Positions 26,926-37,411 of a DNA stretch of 64,000 bases are shown in pieces. The notes below the pieces were generated by a model that worked only from the letters and a program-made list of their open reading frames with translations, was not told the origin of the DNA and did not search any database. The position numbers and the translations under genes are program-made. The stretch is from Oculina patagonica (lineage: Eukaryota): positions 13,020,001-13,084,000 of the forward strand of contig NC_135761.1 in assembly GCF_052425735.1 (NCBI RefSeq), read 5' to 3'. Within the stretch, counting starts at the first letter, position 1, and each line of letters starts with the position of its first letter.

Positions 26926-29324
26926 TGTCTAGGAAAATTACGAAAAACAGAAGAAAAAGTTTCCTTTCTTCAAATACAACTGCAAGAAAAGGACAAACAT
27001 TTGACTTACCTGCAGAGACAACTACAAGCAATGGAGCGACAAATTAGTGATCTCCAAAGACAAGTGACAACGATAGACCAACAAGTTGGTGATCAGCAAA
27101 GACAACTGGCACAAAGAGACCAATGTGTTACTGATCTTGTCAGACAAGTGACAGCGTTAGACCAACGAGTTACTGATCTGCAAAGACAAATGGGAGCAAG
27201 AGACCAACATGTTACTGCTCTGCAAAGAAAACTTACAGCGAAAGACCAACAAGTCACAGGTCTGCAACGACAACTGACAGAAAATGACCAACAAGTTACA
27301 GATTTGCAAAGAAAACTGACAGCGAGAGACCAAGAAGTGACTGATCTGCAACGACAATTTACAGCGAGGGAGCAGCAAGTAACAGATCTGCAAAGACAAC
27401 TGACAGAAAGAGACCAACAGTTTACAGATCTGCAAAGACAACTGACAGAAAGAGACCAACAAGTTACAGATGTGCAAAGACAACTGACAGATAGAGACCA
27501 ACAAGTTACAGATCTTCAAAGACAAATGACAGAAAAAGACCAACAAATTACAGATCTGGATAGACAACTGACAGAAAGAGACCAACAACATTCACATCTG
27601 GAAAGACAACACACAGAAAGAGACCATCAAGTTACAGAGCTACAAAGACAACTGAGAGAAAGAGACCAGCAAGTTACAGATCTGCAAAGACAACTGACAG
27701 AAAGAGATCACCAAATTACAGATCTGTATAGACAACTGACAGAAAGAGACCAACAAGTTACAGATCTGCAAAGACAACTGACAGAAAGAGACCAACAAAT
27801 TACAGATCTACAAAGACAACTGACAGAAAGAGACCAAGAAGTCACTGATCTGCAAAGACAACTGACAGAAAGAGACCAACAAGTTACAGATCTGCAAAGA
27901 CAACTGACAGAAAGAGACCAACAAGTTACAGATCTGCAAAGACAACTGAAAGAAAGAGACCAACAAGTTACAGATCTGGATAGACAACTGACAGAAAGAG
28001 ACCAACAAGTTACAGATCTGCAAAGACAACTAACAGAAAGAGACCAACAAGTTACAGATCTGCAAAGACAACTGACAGAAAGAGATCAACAAGTTACAGA
28101 TCTAGAGAGACAACTGACAGAAAGAGACCAACAGTTTACAGATCTGCAAAGACAACTGACAGAAAGAGATCAACAAGTTACAGATCTAGAGAGACAACTG
28201 ACAGAAAGAGACCAACAGTTTACAGATCTGCAAAGACAACTGACAGAAAGAGACCAACAAGTCACAGATCTGCAAAGACAACTGACAGAAAGAGACCAAC
28301 AAGTTACAGATCTGCAAAGACAACTGAAAGAAAGAGACCAACAAGTTACAGATCTGGATAGACAACTGACAGAAAGAGACCAACAAGTTACAGATCTGCA
28401 AAGACAACTGACAGAAAGAGACCAACAAGTTACAGATCTGCAAAGACAACTGACAGAAAGAGATCAACAAGTTACAGATCTAGAGAGACAACTGACAGAA
28501 AGAGACCAACAGTTTACAGATCTGCAAAGACAACTGACAGAAAGAGATCAACAAGTTACAGATCTAGAGAGACAACTGACAGAAAGAGACCAACAAGTTA
28601 CAGATCTGCAAAGACAACTGACAGAAAGAGACCAACAAGTTACAGATCTACAAAGAAAACTGACAGAAAGAGACCAACAAGTTACAGATCTGCAAAGACA
28701 ACTGGACACGGCGAGAGAACGATCCAGTCAGAATAGACATATAATTCAACGTGACTGGGTAATAAATCGAAATGACGGTAACTCTCATGGCAGATGACCG
28801 GCTTGGGGAAGGTGCATGTGGGGAAGTTTCTCGAGGGAAATTTCGCCGCAGTGATGTTGCTGTAAAAAAATCTATGACATACTCTTGTCGACCCCTTACA
28901 TGATTACAAGTTTTGAGCGAGAAGTGGGCATTGCCTCAAGATACCGCCATCCTTGCTTGTTGCAGTTTATTGGAGCAATCAACGATGATGAAGGGCTATT
29001 GCTAGTGACGACACTCATGGATCGTAGCTTGAGATCACTGTATGAAGAGCGACAGCTCACTGTAAGGGAAATTTCCGCTATTTCGCTGGATGTAGCTCAA
29101 GCACTAAACTACCTACACCAAAACAAACCGATCCCATTATCCACCGCGATATAAGTAGTGCCAATGTACTGCTACGGAGACAAGGTGACCAATGGAGAGG
29201 CAAAGTGTCGGATTATGGCACTGCTAATGTTGTCCGTCAGTGCACCAGTGACGATCCTGGAGCTGTGATTTACTGCGCACCTGAGGCCATAAGTGGAGCC
29301 CAAGATCAAATCATCAGTTGTAAG
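26926..29324 (+). pseudogene. Kinase copy E main exon: ~610-aa repeat coiled coil + kinase with two frameshifts
   Basis: +1 shift near 28775 (stop at 28797) and -1 shift near 29128 (aaaccgatccc vs aaacccgatccc); no MGQ start found. Confidence 0.8.
27040..28705 (+). repeat. 42-bp coding minisatellite (QVTDLQRQLTERDQ), ~40 units, with a 378-bp higher-order repeat
   Basis: Unit caagttacagatctgcaaagacaactgacagaaagagaccaa; variant units recur at 27946/28324 and 27973/28351 (offset 378 = 9x42). Confidence 0.95.
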
Positions 29325-30112
29325 GTTAGCTTGGCCAAATCACTTACATCGATTTTACTACAAAGAGTAAAATAAGGGATGGTTTGAAATTGGGAAAAAT
29401 ACACTTCTTTAGGTACGCGGGAACATATGGCTCGGAAGAAAAAATTGCAAAAACGGTGCTGTGAAAAAGCAGTTTCATCTTTGCGTGAAATATCATAATT
29501 ATTACCTTCCAAAACGTTTTTCGCTGCGTGTAATGTAGGAAATAGGGCGTTTTATGGTATAACCTTCACAGCGGTCAAACGCAAAAATTGACGTCACATC
29601 CGGTCTTCTCCGCCTCGAACTTTTGACTCGAAAGTGGGCAAACTTTTGTAAGAAATTGTTAAAGAAATAGTACGGTGAAAGAACAGTTCAAGCTGGGACA
29701 CTCAGTGGAGATGAATTATCAAATTTCCAATCCATAAGCGGTGTATAAACCTTAACTTTCCAGGGACGGCGTTAACTTTTGGCTTTAAAGCGAAAGTTTT
29801 CGGAAAATTTAAGCCTTTGTATGGAAACATTTTAGCGGGAATTGCACAGTAACTGCGCACGCGCGGTGCGTTTGACCGCTGTGTGGGTATAACCTGGCTG
29901 TGGTTTAACCTGGTCTGGTGACTCATTGACTTCGCTTTCATGGGTAGGGCCTAAGGGTGATGGGTGGAAGGAGCTTGGACTAATAGCTATACAATTTGAC
30001 CTTAACCTCGAATGTCCTATTGTGTTTTCTGCATGTTGCCATTTGTAGTCTTAACTCTAGTAATAAAAATTCAAAACCCTGCGCAGCGTAGGTGCTGAAT
30101 GTATAAACGATA

Positions 30113-30187
30113 AAAATGTAAATACTACGCTGTAGTCAAAAAACTATTCCCTATAGTTTTTTGACTACAGCGTAGTATTTACATTTT
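30113..30187. repeat. Perfect 35-bp inverted repeat (5-nt loop) in a small insertion with 18-bp flanking direct repeats
   Basis: Arms 30113-30147 and 30153-30187; tttgtagtcttaactcta at 30042-30059 and 30185-30202. Confidence 0.9.
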
Positions 30188-30348
30188 GTAGTCTTAACTC
30201 TACTGCGTTATTGCCTGGTTTGTAGTTAATAAAACCAGAAATAAACTTCTAATACAACTGAAATTGAAATTCCTGGCGTTGATTAAGATTAATACCTTTC
30301 CGTTGTCATACACTATTTTGAGAAGTGAAATGTTTTGCTGTTTGTCAG

Positions 30349-30537
30349 GTTGATGTTTTCAGTTTTGGTGTTCTTCTCTGTGAGATGTGCATCCAAGAAT
30401 TACCAGATCCCCAACAGCGTGAGATGCAAATATCCCGTATAAACCAGCGTCTGTTTAAAGAAATCGTTGAACGCTGTGTGCAGATAGAGCCTGGAACAAG
30501 ACCAAATATGGAAGAGATTATTGATGAACTTGAGTAG
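30349..30537 (+). pseudogene. Kinase copy E last exon
   Basis: ag|VDVFSFGVLLCEMCIQELPDPQQREMQ...EEIIDELE*. Confidence 0.8.
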
Positions 30538-30762
30538 TTTGTAGTTCCTTGTACTGAAATGTTTTAGTGTACGGTTAGTACGTTTTAAACATTTTAGCGG
30601 GGTTTCATGTGGTACTGAGTTACTACGAAGAAGAAAAACATGAAAAGAATTTGCCGTAGTGGCTTAGGCTGGAGTGAACGCATGGATATAAATGATATCA
30701 AGTTTATACAAAGAAAATTGGATGGGATATTCATGTTAATTGTACGAGGAAACATCAAATAA

Positions 30763-31073
30763 CAGGGTTCGCACGCGCCTTGAAAGTCCTTGAATCTCAA
30801 AATAAAAATTCAAGGCCTCGAATGTCCTTGAAATTGGTTTTTTGGTCCTTGAAAGTCCTTGATTTTTTTATTGAACGTCAAAAGGCCTCAAGGCAATGAG
30901 AAGACCGCCAAAATAAGCGATATTTTTAGTTCTTCAGCAAGCACATAAACCGTTGATTTGAGGTAAATTTCATGAATGTAAATTTCATGTCCTTGAAATT
31001 TCCAAGAAGGGTCCTGGAAAGTCCTTGAAAAGTCCGAGTTGAATTTTTGGCCTAAAAAAGTGTACGAACCCTG
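30763..31073. mobile_element. hAT-like MITE with GTCCTTGAA internal repeats
   Basis: cagggttcgcac / gtacgaaccctg. Confidence 0.7.
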
Positions 31074-31744
31074 ATTAATAATGACACGGAATTCAGGGGG
31101 GAATAGAAATATTCCTAGCCGCTTAATGCTACGGAAACCGAGATAAGCTCCGGCAGTGTGGGTCGCTTGGCTCGTGGCTTCCCCTTTTTTCGACGTTTTT
31201 GCTTGTTTACAAGCAAAAATAAGGAGAATAGCAGTTATGGGGTAGTCTGGAACCGGAAGCCAACCGGAAGGAATCGCATTCTTGTTAACTCTCAAGGGAC
31301 TGTTTTAATTTCTCAAGGGAATACTTTCCGCTGTGGGTGATCAAAGCGCGTGACTTGTAAAGTGTCAATCTATAGTTGTGCTTCAGCACTTCCGTTCTTG
31401 TAGAAAAAACGTGACTTGTCAAATTACAAACGTTATATAACAATCAAAAACATGAGTAGCTCAAATCTTACGTCACATAACCAATTAAGAATGTACGTAA
31501 GGGGTTCAGCGCTCGAAGGCAGAGAAGTTTAAAACGATTGAGAACGCAATTTGTACTGGTACAAGTCTTTAGGCGCTAATATTAATTTAACCTAAAACGA
31601 TTAACAACGCAAATTTGTACTGGTACAAGTCTTTCACACACTAAAACGTTGCTAATAGTTAACCAAAGGGAACGCATTTCGTGACAATTGATTATTTCTG
31701 CTGAATTGCACAATTTAGAATTGCAACATCATTAAATTTGTTAA

Positions 31745-33872
31745 AGGGATACTCTACTCCACATTTCAACTTTTGCTAAAAATGTAGCATTTGCACTACA
31801 AAACCAATTGAGAAACAAAAAAGTGGGTAAAATAAATTCTAATGCCTGAAAATTACGCCAGAATTAGAAAAGCGAAATTTCACTAAATTTGAGGACCGGA
31901 AGTGAAACGGTCGACTTTGTGGACACGTGATGTATGACGTAGAAAGGAGAACTCGACAAGGCCTGGACTTTGCGTGTCCATCACAAAGTTATCATATGCA
32001 TATGGAATCAGGGGAGTCGAGAAGTTCTTCTTCTCGTTCTTCCTAAGTAAGCTAGGAGGATTCTACCGATGAAATGTCATAGGAAAGCTGTCAGGGGACT
32101 CAGCCGTACCTGTTCGAACCAACGAGAGTGAATCTAGCCCAGACAGGGATTCCACAAATTCGAACAAATGAATCCGATGAATAGCCTCTTACGCAGACGC
32201 TCTCCAACAGGTTTGCACTTAGAAATCTGAAATATAAAGAAAAAATCTTATGGTGACAGTAGGAGGCTATCCGATGAAGGACAATTTGCGATTGCAAAAC
32301 AGACTGGTGAGCGATCAATCTTCTTCTTTATATTGTGAGATCTTTTCGTTACAACCCGTAATTTTGTAACAAGATTTTATAAGTGAATGAATAAGCTCAA
32401 CGTGACAATAAAGTTTCCTTGTCTTATTCCTTTTGTTTTGAATTATTCCGTGTATTTTCGTGTGCGTGTCGATGTTGTTATTTTCCCGGCGAGAGTGCGT
32501 TTGTGTTGTTTACATCTACATGTGATTCGATTATTTAGGGGCGATTATATGCACATATTTCGATCGGAGATTTTAGGTGACAGTGTGGAAACTGCTAGAG
32601 ACTTGATCAAGTTGAAGAGTGCGCGCATTTGGTGTGCCGAAATTGACTGTGTCGTTACCGGAAACAGCAACACGATAGTTGCGCATTAGTAGCGAGGAGG
32701 CCGCCAAACTTGCCTTCAGCGCTACAGCTGCTTCGAAATTATACAGAAGCGTTTTCACTGTATTCTGGGTTTGGGTGGCAACCTCTACAATTGCAGACAC
32801 TATTTCCTCTGCAGAAACTGCCGATTGTACAGATCCGTTGTTATTATCTTTCCCTGAAGTTGACTGCAATCGATTCCTTCTTTCTGTGTATGTTCCGCGG
32901 GGGATATTAAAATAGAAGAAGACAGGTAAGCATAATTCTGAACGAAGTTTGCGAACAAATTTCCCTCGCTTTAAATTTATAATGAGCAGGTTTTAATTTC
33001 TTTTCAAACATACCCCAGAAGCTTTTTGTTTATTATGATAAAGCTCTTCGTAGTGGCTTTGTACGTGCTTATTAGAGACCTTTTTATGGCACGGCGTCAG
33101 CGTCGTGAGAGGAGATGTTTTATCTCATTCTCTCTATGTTTCTTTGTGTCTGGAGGACCACACTTGTGAAGGTCTACTCCATCCTTGTGCGTGTTAGTAC
33201 ATCCACCAGCTATACAGCCATGTGGCATTGCAGGGGCATTAAAATAACGTGCGCTACATCCTAAATTCTCGGCTAAATAGTGTTGTACAGCACGCGGCCG
33301 AGGTCGCGTCGAACTGTTTGGGCTGGTATTGATAGGGCACACAACAATACTGCTGTTCAATAAACTCTATTTTACTTTATTGGTTAAATCAACATCTTCA
33401 TATACATGTTGCTAGCTAACTTTATATACACACGTGAATATACCTTCGATACAAAGAATCTTTGGGTTACCCGGCATGCAGCGATTTAACTTGCAAAATA
33501 GTGTGGAAATGGTTATTTACGAGAGCAAAATCCGATGCCAAACTTATTCACAGAGAGAAACTAGTTTTTCTATGGTATTAAAAATGAAAGGGTTGTCTAT
33601 ATTTTGCACTAAACGCGACATGGAGAGCTTTATTATAGCTCAGCAAGATCTTCCATAGCGTCAAGAAATCTTATCGGTGAGATTTTGCGAGTTCTCTCTT
33701 CTACGTCACTTCCGGTTCTTGAGCAAGAGCCAAAGCTCAAAGCCGCAAGTCAAGAAACGTTCCCCATTTGGAGGAAAACTGGGAAGATTGACCGCTTATA
33801 ACTTTTCAATATCTTTTATTTGGGTTATAAGCTATCGATTTTTAAAATATTGTTCTGGGGTATAGAGATATT
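31745..33872. mobile_element. Kolobok-like DNA transposon remnant with THAP fragment
   Basis: Starts TTAA|AGGG with a degenerate inverted end near 33855-33872; minus-strand MPHGCIAGGCTNTHKDGVDLHK (THAP start); plus-strand QPYLFEP at 32101 facing it. Confidence 0.55.
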
Positions 33873-35082
33873 TACAAGTGTTTTTGTAGCCTGTTGCGAA
33901 ATTACTTCCGGTGGAAGCAGTAAATGCTAAACGTTTTTGCTTCTGTTCAGAAGTTAATGCATCGCCATTAGAAAAATAAACAGCAACTGTTTCACTGGAA
34001 ATGAGTCGTTACAAATGGCATGTGTAGCCGTAAGGTAAAGAATAACGCGAGGAGAAGCGGCTTTTGGTAATATCCAAACGAAAATTTACTTCTCAATGTG
34101 GGGTTAAGATTGCGTGACGAGACAAAAGGTAACTCTGTCGTGCGTAACCTTTATCGGGAACCCTGCATTAAGTCGAGTAGAAATCTTACTCGAATGGAAA
34201 CAACTATTTCGATTAAAGGCAAACGTCAAAGTTTACCATTTTTAACCAAGCCAAAGTATATGAGTCGCAAAGCACCCAGCTGTCGCGACTGACAAATACA
34301 GCATTTCCTCTGCGAAAATAAAAAAATGCTTGAACTGAAAGACGTTTGAATTCTTCCAATGAAATGGAAATCGAAATGAGTTTTCATGGTCAACATGGAT
34401 AGCGGCATGGTTCGCGGGCGCGTACGTACGGCGTACATACGTACCATACGTACGGAGTCGCGCAACATGGCGGCCATAGCTCTCTGTAAAAACGTGGGAA
34501 GCGGCCGTATTAAGGCGGCCTTTAAAATTTAAAGAGGTTTGAAAAGAAAAACAAGAAGCAATGAAACAAAATGTGGCTGAAAATTACGTGTAGAAAGTAA
34601 TCGACCGCCAAAAAAGTGGACATTGAGAGCCATAATCGATCGATGACTTTCGTGTCTATCTGTAAAGCCAGCATCGTACATGAAGGAGTATCGAAAGCTA
34701 AATCGGGTTGATATAATAAACAAACCATTTTATTGCTACGGGGTAAAAAAAAAAAAAAAGAAAGAAAGAAAAGAAAAAAGAAAAAAAAAAACTTGACCCT
34801 CTGGGATTTGAACTCACGACCTCCCGATCCGCAGACTGGTACCTTTTTTTTTTTTTATTTTTTTATTTTTTTTTTTTATTTCTGCTAAGACAGCTCTTAT
34901 GAGCTGTTTATTTACAATTTTAATACTTAACTAGATAGTTTTCAGAGCGAGTACATTAAGTTTGTATTCGTTATTGCTATTTCTACAGATTAATTACAGC
35001 AGTGTTTTTCGTTGTTTTACAGGTTGAACAGAAAGTCAGCTTATTGGTAACCACTAAGGACTACTAAAGAGAGATTCTTACA

Positions 35083-35860
35083 TTAAATGTTAAAACATAG
35101 CTTATCATTAACTACAGTCACGATTGTGTTATTGATACACCATTTGAAAGGGAAAAGATACTGTGTTCCTTTCGCGTTGTGTAATTTAAAATCTTGAGCT
35201 ATAATTTGTTTAATCATAGACTTAAAAATTGCTGAGATAGGAATAATGTTGCTATGAAGACGGTATTCTACCGCAGATTTATGAATGGCATACCTTGCCA
35301 TATGTAATAGAAAGTTGATTAAATGGATCTTATTCCTTATGTGCTTATTTGATTTCTTAAGTTGAATTCCAAAGAGGATAATTTGATCTGTCAAAGTAAT
35401 CGTTTTGTCTGAGATGTCACTGATATAAGCCTTTACTGTTGACCAGAAAGGCAGTACTGTTGGACACTGTAGGAGCAGGTGGTCTATTGTTTCAGTTGCA
35501 GTGCAGTTGTGGCAAGTAATCGTGTGGTAGACGTTTATTTTAAAGAGTGAGTAGGCCGTGAGGAGTACACGGTGGGCTATTTTCCAGGCAATGTCCCCGT
35601 ACTTATTGGGGAGTAGGGGGCAGTATAATGACTTCCAAAAGGAAGCATTGAAGTTCGGAGTGGGGTGAAGGTTCCGTTTCCAGTACTGTAGGCCGTGGGC
35701 CTCCGTGTTTGAGTCTTTCGTGAGTATAAGGTAGAAGAGTCGTGTAGTGAGGTTAGCAAGTGGAGTCCGCGGGGTGTTAAGGGTAAAAGTAACTGGGGTG
35801 GTGGCGCTGTGGAATGTACACTGTGTGGAGATTAGGCGGGACCACGCGTCAGGGAGGGCT
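35083..35860 (-). CDS. C-terminal zf-RVT region of Tx1/L1 ORF2 (open remnant)
   Basis: WKIAHRVL...CHNCTATETIDHLLLQC...FW. Confidence 0.7.
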
Positions 35861-36673
35861 GCTTGGATTCGCTTCTTTCGCGGAGTCATAGCCATCCGTC
35901 GTATATCCGTTGGGATCGTCGTTGTCGTTTTCCATGTCATCTAACCATTTCGAGTTTTCCTTTTCCTCTTTCTCAATAGCAGCCAGACGCTCGGCTCTCT
36001 CCTCGTCGCTTGTGTTGTTAGTCTTCGTTTCCGGTCGGATAGTGTCGTTGTTGTTTACGCTGGTTTCGTCGGACGTTTCATCTGTTTGAGGACAGGACGG
36101 TCGCATGTGTCCTTTCTCCCCGCACTTGAAGCAGGTCACAGACGGACAGGCCGCCCGTCTGTGGCCCTCCTCGAAGCAAATGTTGCAGATAGGCTTTTGG
36201 TTGGAGTGGATCACACGACACCACTCACCGTCTATCTTCAATGAGTATGGAATCGACGCTTTGGTCAAAACCATTCGCACAAGGCGGTTTCCGTTCTCAA
36301 TGCCGGCTAGATCATGGCCGGTCTTGTACTTAAGTCGAATTACATCTGATTTGATTTCACCGTATTTTTCCAGCTCTTGTATAACTGCATCGTCGTCGAT
36401 GTATGCCCGAAGGCCCATAATGGATACGTTGGTGAAAGTACCGGTGGGCGGGCTTGGTTGAATGTGTAGTTCCTTCAACTCGAAGCCGTCGCTCACCAGT
36501 TGCTCGGCTTGCTCTTTGGTTGCAAGTTCAACCAGGTACTCTCCAGACTGGAGCGCTTGAACAACGGTCACTGAATCTGCCCCGAGATTGCTCTCGATGC
36601 GAGATTTCAGGTCGCCGGCGGACACGTCGGCCGGCGCTCTAAAAACAATGGATTTCGCTTTTCGACCCGCCAT
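35849..36673 (-). CDS. Tx1-type ORF1 (RRM-like + two CCHC zinc knuckles), 274 aa
   Basis: MAGRKAKS...IENGNRLVRM...CNICFEEGHRRAAC..CFKCGEKGHMRPSC; uninterrupted ORF. Confidence 0.85.
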   Translation of the reverse strand: MAGRKAKSIVFRAPADVSAGDLKSRIESNLGADSVTVVQALQSGEYLVELATKEQAEQLVSDGFELKELHIQPSPPTGTFTNVSIMGLRAYIDDDAVIQELEKYGEIKSDVIRLKYKTGHDLAGIENGNRLVRMVLTKASIPYSLKIDGEWCRVIHSNQKPICNICFEEGHRRAACPSVTCFKCGEKGHMRPSCPQTDETSDETSVNNNDTIRPETKTNNTSDEERAERLAAIEKEEKENSKWLDDMENDNDDPNGYTTDGYDSAKEANPSSPP

Positions 36674-37164
36674 AGCGGCGAATCGAGAGCAAAATTGTCC
36701 AAACACAAGCACTAAACACTTATGTTTTAAAATAATAAAGTTTCAACGAAGGATGGCCTAGGGAAAGGCTAGATTCGACGGATGCCGCAGGGACGGACCA
36801 GACTGGTACCTTACCGATTGAGCTAATCCGACAGACTCAGCGATTCACGTTGAATATATCCTATATCAATGTAATAGATATTGTGGAGTCGACTAAACTG
36901 CTGCGAAACTATAACAGGATCGCGAAACTATTTTCTATTGCTAGAAAGCAGATAATTTACTGTACTCTAAAGTAATTTTTCGTGCCATGAGTAATGATTT
37001 TGCCCCGCTTTAAGATTATTATTTTTGTCGTACTGCTGACATTCGGTTTAACCGTGAGCTATTTAAATTTGTCTTGAACCTATAAACCGCCATAAACATT
37101 AGTACTTTGGCCGCTTATTCACTAGAATGAAAACATTGTAAGCTCCAGTGAAAATTAAATAAAT

Positions 37165-37204
37165 GGGGAGCTCCGCTTTTAGGCGTGCCTAAATCTATAT
37201 ATTA
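37165..37204. repeat. Terminus of an interspersed repeat (element probably starts ~34370); reverse-complement copy at 60641-60680
   Basis: ggggagctccgcttttaggcgtgcctaaatctatatatta vs taatatatagatttaggcaagcctaaaagcggagctcccc. Confidence 0.7.
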
Positions 37205-37411
37205 TGTTTGAACAACAATGCCCAGGATAAACCTTCTACTCATACTAACTTCATGCAAAAAAAGTCGATATCTCGAAGAGATCTTTGATTTAAATTGTTA
37301 AAAAACTTTAAGTTGTTCATCATTGCTAGGCGATGTCTTCCGACTACTAAAAGCCGACCGACAGTGATTCAAACTTTTTTAATCATTTCAGAACATTTTC
37401 AAAGTACGAAA

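Larger units (their letters stand above)
34846..36798 (-). mobile_element. Tx1/L1-clade non-LTR retrotransposon, internally deleted
   Basis: Poly(A)-like tail at 34846-34881; 14-bp TSD cagactggtacctt (34832-34845, 36799-36812); ORF1 and ORF2 C-terminus present, EN/RT absent. Confidence 0.88.
34795..36832 (-). other. tRNA-like/SINE-head sequence split by the Tx1-like insertion
   Basis: Rejoined minus strand gtcggatTAGCTCAATCGGTaaggtaccagtctgcggatcgggaggtcgtGAGTTCAAATCccagagggtc has A and B boxes. Confidence 0.65.

Noticed and set aside
27040-28705. CRISPR-like regular repeats
   Set aside because: Contiguous 42-bp units with no unique spacers, in frame within a coding exon, and no cas genes
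31895-31908. ETS-IRF-like CCGGAAGTGAAAC motif
   Set aside because: Inside the terminal region of a transposon remnant and far from any gene start
35849-36712. Host ZCCHC3-like antiviral gene
   Set aside because: Lies within a TSD-flanked, tailed Tx1-like element, so it is ORF1 of the retrotransposon
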